In this document: in pieces, positions 51,767-64,000 of the stretch
How positions within the stretch are numbered: position 1 is the stretch's first letter
Layout: each line of letters begins with the position of its first letter
Assembly: GCF_009834535.1 (NCBI RefSeq)
Contig: NC_045697.1
Location: 3,660,001-3,724,000, forward strand
Length of the DNA: 64,000 nt
Source: Camelus ferus
Lineage: Eukaryota
Direction: 5' to 3'
Translations under genes and position numbers: made by a program
The notes under the pieces: model-generated
What the model was told of the DNA's origin: nothing
Seen by the model: only the letters and a program-made list of their open reading frames with translations
The model's database searches: none

Positions 51767-53627
51767 GGAGGGCCGGGCTTAGGGGTGGCCTGCAATCAAA
51801 CAGAAACCGTCCTTGGGGAGGAAAGCAGGGGCTAGAGACTTGAGGCCAAAAGGCCCTGGCCTGTAGTAGAAGCCCAAGGAAGTCTGTGACGGAAGGAACC
51901 TAAAAAGACCGGAGGGCAAAGGGGGGGGACACAGCCAGCCTTGGTGGACCTGGCCTCTCCTCAGTCTCACTCACATGGCTGAAGGCAAGTCCCCCAACCC
52001 CAAACCCCTGCACCACACACCAGGGTTCACTGGAATTGGGGGAGAGGGCAGAACTTGTCAGTTGCCTCCCATGTGCCACTGTTTTGGTGCATAGTTATTC
52101 TGATTTTAGAAACAAGGCATCTGAGGCCCAGAGAGGTTAGGTAACCTGCCCTAGATCACACGGCTGGAGAGTGGCAAATCTTCAGGACAAGGGACCTAAA
52201 AGCAATGTTTCAGAAGTGGCTGTAAGGGCAGTGACAACACCTGCCTCGGAGGTGGTTGTCCTGTGTCTGAAAGCACCCAGCTCAGTCAGGGTGTAATTAA
52301 TGACTGTCGGGGGAAAGTGAACTCGGAGGTGGGGACGGGAGCCGAACTCAGGTCCTGGCCCTGCCGGGCTCCGGGTAAGTCACTGAATGTCTCTGTGCCT
52401 CGGAGAAGGGTAGGGGCCCCTGCGTCATAGGCTGTCATGCGGATAAACAAGTGTCTGCAAAATGCTTACAAGAGCATTTGTGAGGTGTATGCTGCAGAGA
52501 GAAGGCCTTCCCGTGGGATAGTGACAGAATGACCCATTTCAGTCATGCGTACCTCATCTGTGTGATGAGGTGACGGTCTCGGTCCAGACCCCTGGGTGCC
52601 CCAGCTGGGACACAGTGCCTGTTCATTTATAAGGCAAATGTTCCCCGAGGCCAGGGGCCGAGCACGGACGCTAGGTGGGCAGGTGGCCCTGACCAGAGCG
52701 CCCACCGTCTGCCAGCAGAGCAGCCCCCTGGCTATGTGCTCTGGGCCTCAGTTTCCCCATATGTAAAATGGGGCGGGCAGTGGGGGTGCGAGGGGGGCTA
52801 CTTTAGAACTTCCACAGAACACGAGCCCCCTGAGACACCCTTCGGAAACGTATCTGCAGTTGAGGAAATGCCACTGACTCCCTCCCATGACGTGAGCATA
52901 CCAAGGACTAAAAAGTTCAGCGATTTAAAAATCTGTTTGACTTTGATTAATTCAGTTCCTCCCCTCAACTTTTTGACCCTCTGGTTCTTTATTTCTGCTT
53001 AACAGCATGAACACCCTAGAGAACACGGCTGTTACTGAAGTATGCACTGAGCACAGTGGAAGGAAGAGGGAGGAGGACTGAGGCTGCCTGGGGTGTTGGT
53101 GTCAGAAAAAAGCATTCGAGCGGGTCTTGAATGACGAGGAGGGACTGGCTGGAGTAACACAGAGAGTGCAGCACATACGGAGGACAAAGGATAAAGGTGC
53201 AGGGTCCACACAGCACGGGGCAGACGGGCCTGGCCGTGCAGGTTGGAGCAGTGGCTGTAGACTAGAAGAGCGTGGGCCTATAGGCTCCAGGCTTGTGCCT
53301 GCTCCTGAGGTCAAAGAGAACCTTCTAGAAAAGGAACAACCTGATCAGATTTGTGTTTCGGCAGCTTATGAAAGCTGGAGCTTGGGAGAGAGACAGGGGC
53401 ACCTGCTGGGGGCCGTGGCCTTGGTCCAGGTGAGTGATGACAAGATCTGACCAGACAGTGGGCAGCAAGGGAGAGGGGGAGATAGAGGTTGGTCCCCAGA
53501 ACCTGCTGGGCAGGATGAGAAAGCAGGAGGAGTCAAAGAGGTTCTGAGGGAGGCTGAGAAGAAGGATGCCAAGTCCCTTGTTAGGGAACACATTTGAGGG
53601 GGAAGGTGTTTGTGGGCCACCCTGGAG

Positions 53628-53970
53628 GTATTAGTCAGGCTAGACTAGGCCGGGCTGCAGTAACGAAGAACCCCAAATCTCAGAGGGGTCACCAAAGAAA
53701 GGTGCATCTCACTTACTCACAAAGTCTGATGCAGGTCAACTGGCCCTCTCCCACCCTGTAGCTCTGCCGTCCGAAACACATGGCCTCCAGGGTCACAGGG
53801 GCAGAGGAGAGAAAGCGAGACCCTCACAGTGTGTTTTGTGAGGCCTGGACCTGGGAGCACTGCATCACTCGCACCCCCTGGCCAGAACCTGGGTCCACGG
53901 CCTCCACCTACCTGCATGGGAGGTTGCAGAGGTAGGACACATGGACATTTGGTGAGCCCCACTTGTCACT
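53628..53970 (-). mobile_element. Old MaLR LTR (MLT1J/K/L-like)
   Basis: GTATTAGTCAGGCTAGACTAGGCCGGGCTGCAGTAACGAAGAACCCCAAATCTCAG is the reverse complement of an MLT1 3' end. Confidence 0.65.
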
Positions 53971-54835
53971 GTCACACCGGCAAGGAGGCTCCAGGGGCCT
54001 TTGGAAATGGTGACCAGCAAGGGTATCAAGGCTTGAAATACCGATCTGGGCATGACTGTGGAGTGAGACCACCCAGAAAAAGACAAGGAAGAGATAAAAT
54101 AGGTAACGCCATAAATGCCTCTCAGGTCGCATTTAGGAGTTCCCAGAGGATGACTCAAGATTTAATCCAAAATCTCTTGTTTCCAAATATCTGGTTATTT
54201 GTTGTCACGTAGACAGGGCATCCAGATTTTTCCTGAATTTTTCACTTTCCATATGGTTCCTTGGCATCATATAGGCAGCCAAAAGCAGTTGGCAAGAGTC
54301 TGAGGACCATGATATTCCATAACGCTCTCTCTGTGTAAGGCCGAGGGCCTCATGATTATAAGTTGTCTGGAGAAGAGGTTTTCAAAGCCTTCAATTTTAA
54401 TAAACATTTTGAAAGGGAACTCACTGTGTTCTTGCCTTTAAGATTCATATCAGATATCAAGTTTTGCTACCAAATTATTGACTATGCGATTGATTTTTTT
54501 AAATTCAAGTGCTTTGTACAGTTAACTTTTTTTTCAAAAATAAAATTTTCCACAGATAAAATTCTGGTTGAAAATCATGGTTTGTGGGATCCCAGCTTGG
54601 AGGTTAATCAAAACTCACTGTTTTTCTTGGAAAGTCCTCCTGCCTTAATCAAGACTAACAGAGAAGTATAGGATACTTCTTCAAAATGGTTCTTGCAAAG
54701 CCCTTTCCTGAGGCGAGTGTCCCCACTCCAAGACCATAAGGGTCATGAGCCCTGGGACTGTGTCCATTTTTGGTTCTCCACTTATCCTCACTGTCCAACA
54801 CAGCGCTGGGCAAACTGTAGGCACTCAATCCATAC

Positions 54836-54903
54836 TGGATGGATGGATGGATGGATGGATGGATGGATGGATGGATGGATGGATGGGTGGACGTATGGAT
54901 GGG
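54836..54903 (+). repeat. (TGGA)n microsatellite at the tail of an L2 3' end (~54715-54836)
   Basis: About 12 perfect TGGA units preceded by L2-like GTAGGCACTCAAT. Confidence 0.9.
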
Positions 54904-57617
54904 CCTGTCACACTGGAAACTCTTAGATATTCAAACTTCTAAACTGCAACTGCTAAAATGAAGAGCAATTTGGTGGAAGGGAAAAAGCACTAGACTGGGA
55001 GTCAGGAGACCCCGGTTCAAGTGTCAGCCTTCCGCTGACTGACCTTGGAAAACTTAGAAAAATCCCTTTCCCTGTGGATACTGCTATTTTCATCCTTCTC
55101 CGCTAAATGAGGTCTCGTCCACTCAATCCAACCTTTATAGCCTCATACCCAGACACTTCTGCCCTACCCTCATCCTTCTGTGAACGCTGAACTTTGCCCA
55201 CAACATTCCTAGTCGAAAATACACTTCAGGGAGGTAGAACGTCCACTTAAAGCCAAGTGAAGAGGTTGGCAAATCCTCTCTCCAAAAATCAATTATGAAA
55301 CTGCACAAATTGACAAAAATAACTATTTCCACACCCTGGAAGTCATCCAAGTGCATGCAGCAACCTGAGAAGTGTTTATGCTCAAAAAGTGCTGAACTTC
55401 AGGTACAAACAGTGGGAGTCTGCAGCACTCTTGCCCAGAGCTGCTCCCACACCACATCCCAGCTGGACAGACGCAGAGATTCTGTGAGGTAGGGCAGGCC
55501 ATGAGGACCAGCAGCTGCAAAGCCACGGGTCAAGGGAAACTGCAGTTTGGACCACTGGATGATGATCATGCCCAGTAACATTAGGGTCAATGGAAATTAT
55601 CTTCTTGGACACTGTGTAGAATGACTGAAGCCATGTGCCACACTAAGGACCCAAGCCGGCCACGGCCTCCGAGCTGCCCCAAAGGCCATGCGTATGCACA
55701 CAGGAATCATGCAAGGCCTAGAGAAAAGTAAAAGCCAGGCAGACTTGAAAATGCCTAGATTTTGAATGTGCTCCTGTGCACACAGGTCTTTGACAGAGGA
55801 TACAAGGCTTACTAGCCCAAGGTGTTCCAGAATAACCTCTGATCAAATACTGGCTGACCTCTAAGCTATGCAGAAACAGGGGCACAAAGCCAGACTTAAA
55901 AATAAAAATTGGAAATTAAAAAGAAAAAGCTGGCATCAGCAGCTGCGCAGCAAGGACAACGGACTTCCCAAGTTTAAGCCAGGCGAAGTTACTAAACAAA
56001 CAAACAGACGAACAGGCGCAACATAGCAACAACCTTCTGGGGGAATCAAAATCCAGAATTAATACAGTGTATAACCTAAAATGTCCATTTTCAACCAAAA
56101 AAATGTAAGAAATACAAAGAAACAGGAAAATATGACCAATATCCAAGGGTTGGCAGTCCTAAAGGTCTCCAGAAGTTGTATTTGGTAGTGAAAGACTTCA
56201 AAGCAGCTCTTAGAAATATGATCAAACAATTAAAGGAAAGGAGGACAATAATAAATCAACAAATAAAGAGTCTCAACAAGAAGGAAGAAATAATGTAAAC
56301 GAACCAATCGCAGATTTGAGAGAGCAGAAGAATCGGTGAACCTGAAGACGGAGTAATGAAAATTATCAACATGAAGAAGAGAAAGAAACTAAACACTGAA
56401 GAAAAATGAACAGAGCCTCAGAGACCTACAGAAAAACACCAAGCACACCAATCTGTGTGTAACGTGAGTCCCAGTGGAGAGGACAGAGAGAGCAGGGCTG
56501 AAAAAATACTTGAGAAATAATGGCCAAGAAGTTTTCAAGATGGACGAAAACCTTTAAACACCGAAGAAACGCAACAAACCCCAAATAGGTTACATACAAA
56601 GAGACATGCACCTAGGCACATCATAACCAACCTGCTGAAAGACAAAGAGAAAAGCATGAAAGAAACAAGAGAAAACCAACTTATCATGAATGCGTATGGG
56701 GAACAATAAGATTAACAGGGAAAAAAACAGAGGACAGAGATTGTACAATGACATATTCAGAATGCTAAAAGAAAAAAACACCTGCCACTAAGAATTCTAT
56801 ATCCAGCAAAACTATCCTCCAAAAAAATGTAGATGAAATCAAAATATTCCCAGATAAACAAAGATTGATAGAATTCATTGCTAGCAGACTTGCCTTACGT
56901 AAAATACTGAAGGAATTCCCTCAGGTTGGAAGGAAATGACGCCTGATGGTAAATGAACTCCATAAGAAGAAATTAAAAGCACCAGAAATGGAAAATATCA
57001 GGGTTAATATAAAATTCTCTATAAATACTCTCTTAATTTCTTTAAAAAACATACATAGTAATTATAATGCTGTAGTGTTGGGTCTATAACATTAAAGGTG
57101 TAATATATATATGATAATCATCACACAAAAAGGGGGGAAGCTGAAGCTATATCAGAGCAAAGTTTCCATATTTAATTGGAAGAAATTACTGTTAGTCTGA
57201 AGTAGACTGTAACAAATTAAAATGTATTCTGTAGTCCCTAGAGCAAACACTAAGCAAATTATTCAAGATACATAATTTTTTAAGAGGAATTAAAATGGGA
57301 CATTAAAAATATTTATTTAACACAGAAGAAAACAATAAAGGCAGAAGAGAAGAACCAGACAACAACAATCACAACAAGAGAACCCACAAGAGAAATGGTA
57401 GAGAAAACAGCAAAATGGTCAATGTAATGAAATACATACAAGTCACACTATATGTGAATAGACTAAACACCCCAATCAAAGGGCAGGAATTGTCAGACAG
57501 CATAAATACGCAAGATGCAACTACGTACTATCTACAAGAGACATATCTTAGATTCAGTGACACAAATCGGTTGAAGGTAAAAGGATGAAACCAAGATATC
57601 CCATAAAAACATAACCA

Positions 57618-58391
57618 CACCTGTCAGAATGGCCATCATCAAAAAGTCTACAAATAACATATATTGGAGAGGATGTGGGAAAAAAAAATCCCTCGTGCAC
57701 TGTTGGTGAGAATGTAAATTGTTGCGTTTGGAACAGTATTAAACAGTAAAATAGAAAAGCTAAAAATAGAACTACTATATGATCCAGCAATTCCACTTCT
57801 GGGTATATATATCCAGAAAAAATGAAAACTCTAATCTGAGTTAGATTAGAGTTTTAATCTAGTCTTAAACCCCAAAATGCAGCACTATCTAAAGTAGCCA
57901 ACATATGAAAGCAACCCAAGTGCCCATCAACAGACGACTGGCTTAAGAAGATGTGGTATATATACAATGGAACGTTACTCAGTCATAAAAAAGAATGAAA
58001 TACTGCCATTTGCAGCAATGTGGATGGACCTAGAGAATATTATACTTAGTGAAATAAGTCAGAGAAAGACAAATACTATATGACATTGCTTACATGTAGG
58101 ATCTAAAAAATAATACAAATGAACGTACACACAAAACAGAAACACTCACAGGCATAGGAAACAAACCCATGGTTACCAAAGGGAAGGGGTAAGGGGAGAG
58201 GGACAGATTGGGTACGGGGTTAACAGATACAAATCACTATCTGTAAAACAGAGCATCAAGGAGTCACTGTATCGCACAGGGAATCACACCCACTATCCTG
58301 TAATCATCTTTAATGGAACATGACCTGCATGCAGGTGTGCCTAAAACTAACACAATATCCTAAACAATTAGACTACAATAAAACAATAATA
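57618..58391 (+). mobile_element. Younger 5'-truncated L1 nested in the host ORF2 endonuclease region
   Basis: CACCTGTCAGAATGGCCATCATCAAAAAGTCTACAAATAAC...AATAAA tail. Flanked by ATAACCA at 57611-57617 and 58392-58398. The host ORF2 resumes after it. Confidence 0.85.
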
Positions 58392-61128
58392 ATAACCATA
58401 AGAGAGCTGAGAGTGATTATTTTAATATCAAACAAAATACTTTAAGACAAGAAATATTACTAGAAACAAAGAGGGACGCTTCATGATGATAACAGGGGCC
58501 ACTGTATCAGGGAGGTGTAAACATTATAAGTCTATACACCCCTCAAAAACACACAAAACCAAAATTATCAAAATTGAAAGGAGAAATAGACAATTCAATA
58601 GTAGCTGAGATGTCACTAACCTACTCTCAGTAATTGGTAGAACACTAGATTTTAAAACTCAGCAAGGACACAGAAGACCTGAACACACTACTGGCTGACA
58701 CAGTCTAACAGACCCAGTGACTTCAGGACACCCATTCTTTGCAAGCATACGTGCAATATTCTCCAACCATGTGCCAGGCCATAAAATAAGCTTCAGTAAA
58801 TGTAAAAAGCCTGAAATCATAAAAGCCTGAACGATCCCTGGCCACAGTGGAATTAAATCAGGTATCAACAACAGAAAGCAATCTGTGAAAGACCGAAATA
58901 TTTCAATACTGAACAACACACTTCTAAATAACTCAACGGTCAAAGAAGCAATCACAAGGGAATGAGAAAATATTTTGAAACAGATGAAAACTCCCAACAA
59001 TGTATGGAAATGTATGGCACGCAGCTGAAGCGATGCTTAAACGGGAACGTGTAACTCTAAATGTCAATGTGAGGGAAGAAAGGTCTCGAGTAACCTAAAG
59101 AGGCTGGAGGAAGAACCAGCAGAAGAAAGGAAACAGGAAAGACTAGCACAGAAATAGAGGAAATAGAAAACAGAAGAGTAACAGAGAAAATCAATGAAAC
59201 TAAAAGCTGGTTCTAAAAGGTAACACAAATTGATAAACTTTCAGCTGGACAAAGTCAAAAAAAAAAACACGCAAATTACCAAAATCAAGCATGAAAAAGG
59301 AGATCATGACCAATCATACAGAAATTAATGCCAACAAATTTGACAACTGAGATAAATGGACACATTCCTAGAAATACACAAATTACCAAAATGGACTCAA
59401 GATGCAATATAAAATCTGAATAGATATGCAACAAAGAAACTGAATTAACAATTTTAAATTGTCCCACAAGAAAAGCTCAGATCCACGTGGCTTCCCTGGT
59501 GAATTCTACCAAATATTTAAAGAAGAAATACTATCAAATCTTCACAAACTCTTTCAGAAAATACAGAAAGAGGGAACACTTTTCAACTCATTTATTCTGC
59601 AATTTTTCCCTTACTAAATTGATACCAAAATCCTTAATAAAATATCAACAAACTGAATCCAGGAACATGTAAAAAGGATTCTACACCATGACCCAGTGGG
59701 ATTTACCCTAGGAATGCAAGGTTAATTCACATCCAAATATTAATTAATGTAATACCTCGTATTAATAGAATAAAGAAAAAAATCTCATGATTATCTCACG
59801 GGAAAAGCATTTGAAAAAATTCAGCACCCACTGATAATAAAAACTCTCGATAAGGCAGAAATAAAAGTACACTTCCTCAGCTTGACAAAGGACCTCTACA
59901 AAAGTCCAGGGCTGACATCATACTTAATGATGAAAACAAAAAAAACTTGAATGCTTTCCCCTCGAAGATCAGGAACAAGGCGAGGCTGTCTGCTCGTACC
60001 ACTTCTATTCAACATTTTACTGACAGTTCTAACCAGAGCAACAAGACAAAGTAAATATTCGAAAGGGTCCAGATTCAAAATGAAAACATTAAACTGTCTT
60101 TATTCACAGATGACACAAGCCTTTATGTGGAAAATCCCCAGAGATCCACAGAAACACTATTAGAACTAATAAACAAGGTTAGTGAGGCTGCACAATACAA
60201 GATCAATGCACAGAAACCAACTGTATTTCTATATACCAGCAACAGACATTCCGAAAATGAAATTAAGGAAACAATTCCATTCACAATAGCATCAAAAAGA
60301 AGAAAGAGCTTAGGAATTAATTTAACAAAAGAATGGCAAGACCTACACTGAAATCTACCGGACACTGCTGAGAGGGAGAAATTAAACATGCTCTAAATAA
60401 ACGGGAAAACATTCTATGTTCATGGATTGGAAGACTCAACATTGTCGAGATGGTCATTCTCCACCAACTGAGCAATAAATCCAATGCAATCCCTATCAGC
60501 ATCTCTTTTGTGGAAATTCGTAAGCTGATCCTAAATTTTATATGGAAATGCAAAAGACCTGGAAATGCCAAAACAACTTTTAAAACAAATAAAGGTAGAA
60601 GACTTATACCACCTGATTTCAAACTTCCTATTAAGCCTCCGTGATCAAGACATTGGCGCATTCATCGAAGGACAGACGTACAGATCAATGGAACAGAATT
60701 AAGAGTCCAGAAATAAACACGTACATCTACAGGTAACTGATTTTTGGCAAAGGTGCCAAGATAATTCAATGGGGTAAAGGATAGCCTTAAATCCAGAATA
60801 TATGAAGAACTCTTAAAACTTAAGAAGACCCCTCCCAAAATAAAAAGCAATTTAAACATGGACAAAAGCTTTGAACAGACATTCCACCAAAGAAGATGAG
60901 CCAACAGCTAATAAGCATGTAAAAAGACGTCCAACATCATTAGCCATTAGGGAAAGGCAAATTAAACCGCAGTGAGACCCTACCATACATCCAGTAAAAT
61001 GGCCGTCATGAAAAAGACAGAGTGACAAGGATATAGAGAAACTAGAATGGCATACACTGCTGGGGCGGAAATGCACGGTGACACAGCCACTTTGGGGAAA
61101 AAAGAAAAAAAGAAGTTGATAGTTACTT

Positions 61129-61348
61129 TTTTTTTAACATTTTATTGAGTAATAGTCATTTTACAATGTTGTGTCAAATTCTAGTGTAGAGCACAATTTT
61201 TCAGTTATACATGAACATATATATATTTATTGTCACATTTTTTTTTCGCTGTGAGCCACCACAAGATCTTGTATATATTTCCCTGTGCTATACAGTATAA
61301 TCTTGTTTGTCTATTCTACAATTTTGAAATTCCAGTCTTTCTCTTCCT
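61129..61348 (-). mobile_element. Young 220-bp 5'-truncated L1 3' end (camelid type), nested antisense in the host L1
   Basis: Poly-T, then TTTATTGAGTAATAGTCATTTTACAATGTTGTGTCAAATT. TSD GAAGTTGATAGTT(A/T)CTT at 61112-61128 and 61349-61365 (16/17 identical). Confidence 0.88.
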
Positions 61349-62169
61349 GAAGTTGATAGTTTCTTAAAAAGTTAACATCAACTTTGTACAAAGCACTCGA
61401 TGCCCCGAGGCCTTACATCTTCATCTGTAAAATGGGGATGAGGACAACAGTACCCACCTGATGGGCATGTGAGGGCAATTCCACTCCTAGGAATCCACCC
61501 AAGAGGAATAAAACACAAAGGATGTACGTGAGTGCTCACAGCGCTATCACGCATGATCGCCCCAAGCTGGAAGCCATCCAAACGTCCCACAGCTGAGGGG
61601 CGGATAAGCAAAATGTGGCGGATTCAAACAAGGAGATGCTGTTTATCCACAAAAAGGAGTGACTCTCCGATACACGCACGCCGCACCACGGACAAACCTC
61701 TAAGGCCTCACGCCAAGGGCAAGAGCAGACTCCAAATACTTCGTGTTGGATGGTTCCGCGTATGTGAATTATGCAGAAAAGCCACATCTATAGAAGCAGA
61801 AAGCAGACCAGTGGTCGCCAAGGGCCAGGGGTCGGGAGAGGGAGTGGCAGCCTAGGGGCCCAGGCTGGGGTGATAGCTGTTGCCTGAAGTTGGATTGGGG
61901 GTGACTGCACAAATCTATAAATGTGCTGAAAGTCACCGAAATGTATGTTTGAAATGGTGGATTTTACGGTCCGTGAACTGTACTTCAATAAAGCTGGTTT
62001 TTTGGAAGAAAGAAATGTGCTCCGGGGTTTCCTCCTTCACTCGTCCAACTGCCATTTCTTGAGTGTTTACCCTGTGCGGCCTCTGCCGGCTCCTGGGCAC
62101 CCAGGGTAAATTCTAGCACAAGTAGCTAACGATGGCCAGAGGGGCACTGTGGGCGCAGATTCTCTTCCT

Positions 62170-62310
62170 TCGCCCTCTTCAGCCCTCACCAGGTGTAGGA
62201 CTGTTATCCTCGTCCCAGTTTTATGGATGGGGAGAGTAAGGCTCCAAGGGTGAGCGCTGTGCGAAGTAACCTGGCAGCTGTTGGAGCCAAGGTTTGAACT
62301 CACACTGCCT
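62170..62310 (-). mobile_element. MIR fragment
   Basis: CTGTTATCCTCGTCCCAGTTTTATGGATGGGGAGAGTAAGGCTC...GAGCCAAGGTTTGAACTC. Confidence 0.65.
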
Positions 62311-62661
62311 GCGTCTCCACCTTAGAAGCTCACTATCCTCACACGTTCCCCCTGTTCTGGTCCAGCTCAGCGCCACCAAGCCAGCCTAAAGCCTTCGCCC
62401 CAGGAGCTCGCCGCCACCCGTCTGGGTGACAGACCTTCCCTTGCTCCTCTGTACTTTGCTCACACCTCCCTAGCCCGGCAGTGTCTCCCGGCTTGCCCCT
62501 CCCCAGTTCCCCAGTTACCGGCCACCATTCAGGACCCGCCCTCATGTCCCTCCGGTACCGAGCATCCTCCTCCTCCAGCACCTCCTCCTCCTCGGGGGCA
62601 CACCTCCTTGCCTTGGCCTGATTACTGGAGTGCCTTGAGGGCTGGTCTAGGGGGTGAGGTC

Positions 62662-63070
62662 TGTACTGAGTTGACTTGTGTCTCCCAGAAAGATCTGTCC
62701 AAGTCCGAACCCCCAGAACCTGTGAATGTGAGCTTATTTGTAAGCAGGGTCTTTGCAGATGGAATCAGTTAAGCATCTTGAGATGAGATCGCCCTGGTGG
62801 GTCCTAAACGCAACACCCAATCTCCTTATAAGAGACAGAAAAGAAGAAGACACAGAGGGAAAGGCCGTGCAAAGATGGAGGCAGAGATCAGGGTGGTTTG
62901 TCTACAAGCCAAGAAGAACCAGGGACTGCCAGAAACCAGCAGAGGCCAGGAGAAAGGCCTGCATCGGAGTCCCCCTCGGAGCGTCCGGAAGCAACCAACC
63001 CTGCCAACACCTCGATTTTGGACTTCCGGCCCCTGAACTGTGTGACAACAGCTTCCTGTTGTTTTCACAT
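62662..63070 (+). mobile_element. MaLR LTR (MLT1B/C-like)
   Basis: TGTACTGAGTTGACTTGTGTCTCCC...CCTGTGAATGTGAGCTTATTTG...AACCAACCCTGCCAACACCTCGATTTTGGACTTC. Confidence 0.85.
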
Positions 63071-63744
63071 GTTTTCACTTTTGTGTCTGCATCGCCAGCC
63101 CCAGCGCAGGGCTGGCCCCAGCTGGATAAACCAGAAGTGTGTTTGAATCAAAACTTCGCTGTCCCTCTGATTCTGCAGCGGGAGGTCCCTCGGTGAGAAT
63201 GTCAAGGCTGTCTGAGGGATGGTTTTGTCTCTGCTGCTCCGTGATCCGCGGGGCCCTGGCTGCGCTGTTACTGCGAGCGCTTCGCCATTTCAGAGGTGGA
63301 GGCTCTGGCATCCCAGCAAAATCAGTACAAGGGAAAGGCCGCTTAGAACCAGTCCTCCGAGAAGGTCACAGCGAACTGGGGCAGGGGTGCGGAGACACGT
63401 TAGGTTAGAGATGAGCGAACAAAGGAGATCAAGGTGGGTTCCCGGAGCAGCCTGGGTGCAGGGACACAGGTGTGCTCAGTCGGAGAAATCACAGAGCTGT
63501 ATTCTCACGGAACCTGCCCTTCGCAGTGTGGGTATTTCCCTTCCGTCAGATGTTTTACAAATGGAGCCAGGAATCGTGAACATAAGCTTATTTTGCCCTC
63601 TAGGGAGCAAAACTGTAGATATAATTGGAATAAAGCAGTGATTTTTAGGACCAGTCACGTAAAAGCCAAAGCTAGAAATAGGGCCTTTTCTGGTGTAATT
63701 TTTCCAACAAAGTTCTGTGATAGCACAGCCCAACATCCTTCGCC

Positions 63745-63980
63745 TGGTGTTTCTATGTGTCAAGCTGACTGGGCCGCAGGATGCCCAGAGAGCAGGGAGA
63801 ACATGACTTCTGGGCGTGAGAGAGGGTGTTTCCCGAGGCACTTGCAGCAGTGGGCAAGCAAGGCAGGTGCCCTCCCCCATGCAGGTGGGCCTCGTCCCGT
63901 CCACCGAGGGCCCAAATAGAACACACGGTGGAGGAGGGAGGAATTCACTCTCTGCCTGACGGTTGAGGTGGGACATCAAC
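63745..63980 (+). mobile_element. ERVL MLT2 LTR 5' part
   Basis: TATGTGTCAAGCTGACTGGGCC...GGGTGTTTC...GGTGGGCCTC...AATAGAACA...GGGACATCA follows the recalled MLT2 consensus. Confidence 0.8.
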
Positions 63981-64000
63981 AATGGGAGTGTCTGCCTGGA

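Larger units (their letters stand above)
55220..61995 (+). mobile_element. Decayed near-full-length ancient L1 (L1MB-like): 5'UTR, ORF1 and ORF2 remnants, 3'UTR
   Basis: ORF2 RT remnants [21 protein letters not shown] (59951+) and [29 protein letters not shown]...LGINLTKE (60127+). An F-T-D-D codon run near 60103 replaces YADD/FADD. ORF1-like AGAATTCTATATCCAGCAAAACTATCC at ~56791. 3' end with AATAAA at ~61987. Multiple stops and deletions. Confidence 0.9.

Noticed and set aside
59951..60644. Reverse-transcriptase-like ORFs as an active or domesticated RT system
   Set aside because: Short frameshifted pieces of a dead L1 ORF2 with deletions and an altered catalytic motif.
1..64000. CRISPR arrays, operons, rRNA or other prokaryotic systems
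   Set aside because: No regularly spaced repeat-spacer array or gene-dense segment; all content is consistent with mammalian DNA.

Overview
GC-rich mammalian genomic DNA. It is most likely from a camelid, because it carries a Vic-1-type tRNA-derived SINE and a young camelid-type L1 3' end. The only protein-coding sequence I can support is coding exon 1 of SORCS2 (VPS10P-domain receptor) on the minus strand at 44907->44416, inside a CpG-island promoter. Bases 1-44415 are SORCS2 intron 1 (exon 2 lies outside the window). Bases ~45200-64000 are upstream intergenic DNA with a solo LTR, a decayed near-full-length L1 carrying nested insertions, and MaLR/MLT2 LTRs. The other ORFs in the track are GC-rich noise or repeat remnants. 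I found no evidence for a wholly new gene system. The best leads are: (i) a second, intronic CpG island built like an alternative SORCS2 promoter and first exon; (ii) an 11-bp inverted repeat that could pair with the SORCS2 start codon; (iii) a perfect (TTGGGG)n G4 and two co-oriented CTCF motifs around the promoter; (iv) signatures of templated or fold-back DNA repair inside the L1. Repeat family names, consensus comparisons and human SORCS2 comparisons are from memory, not from a search.
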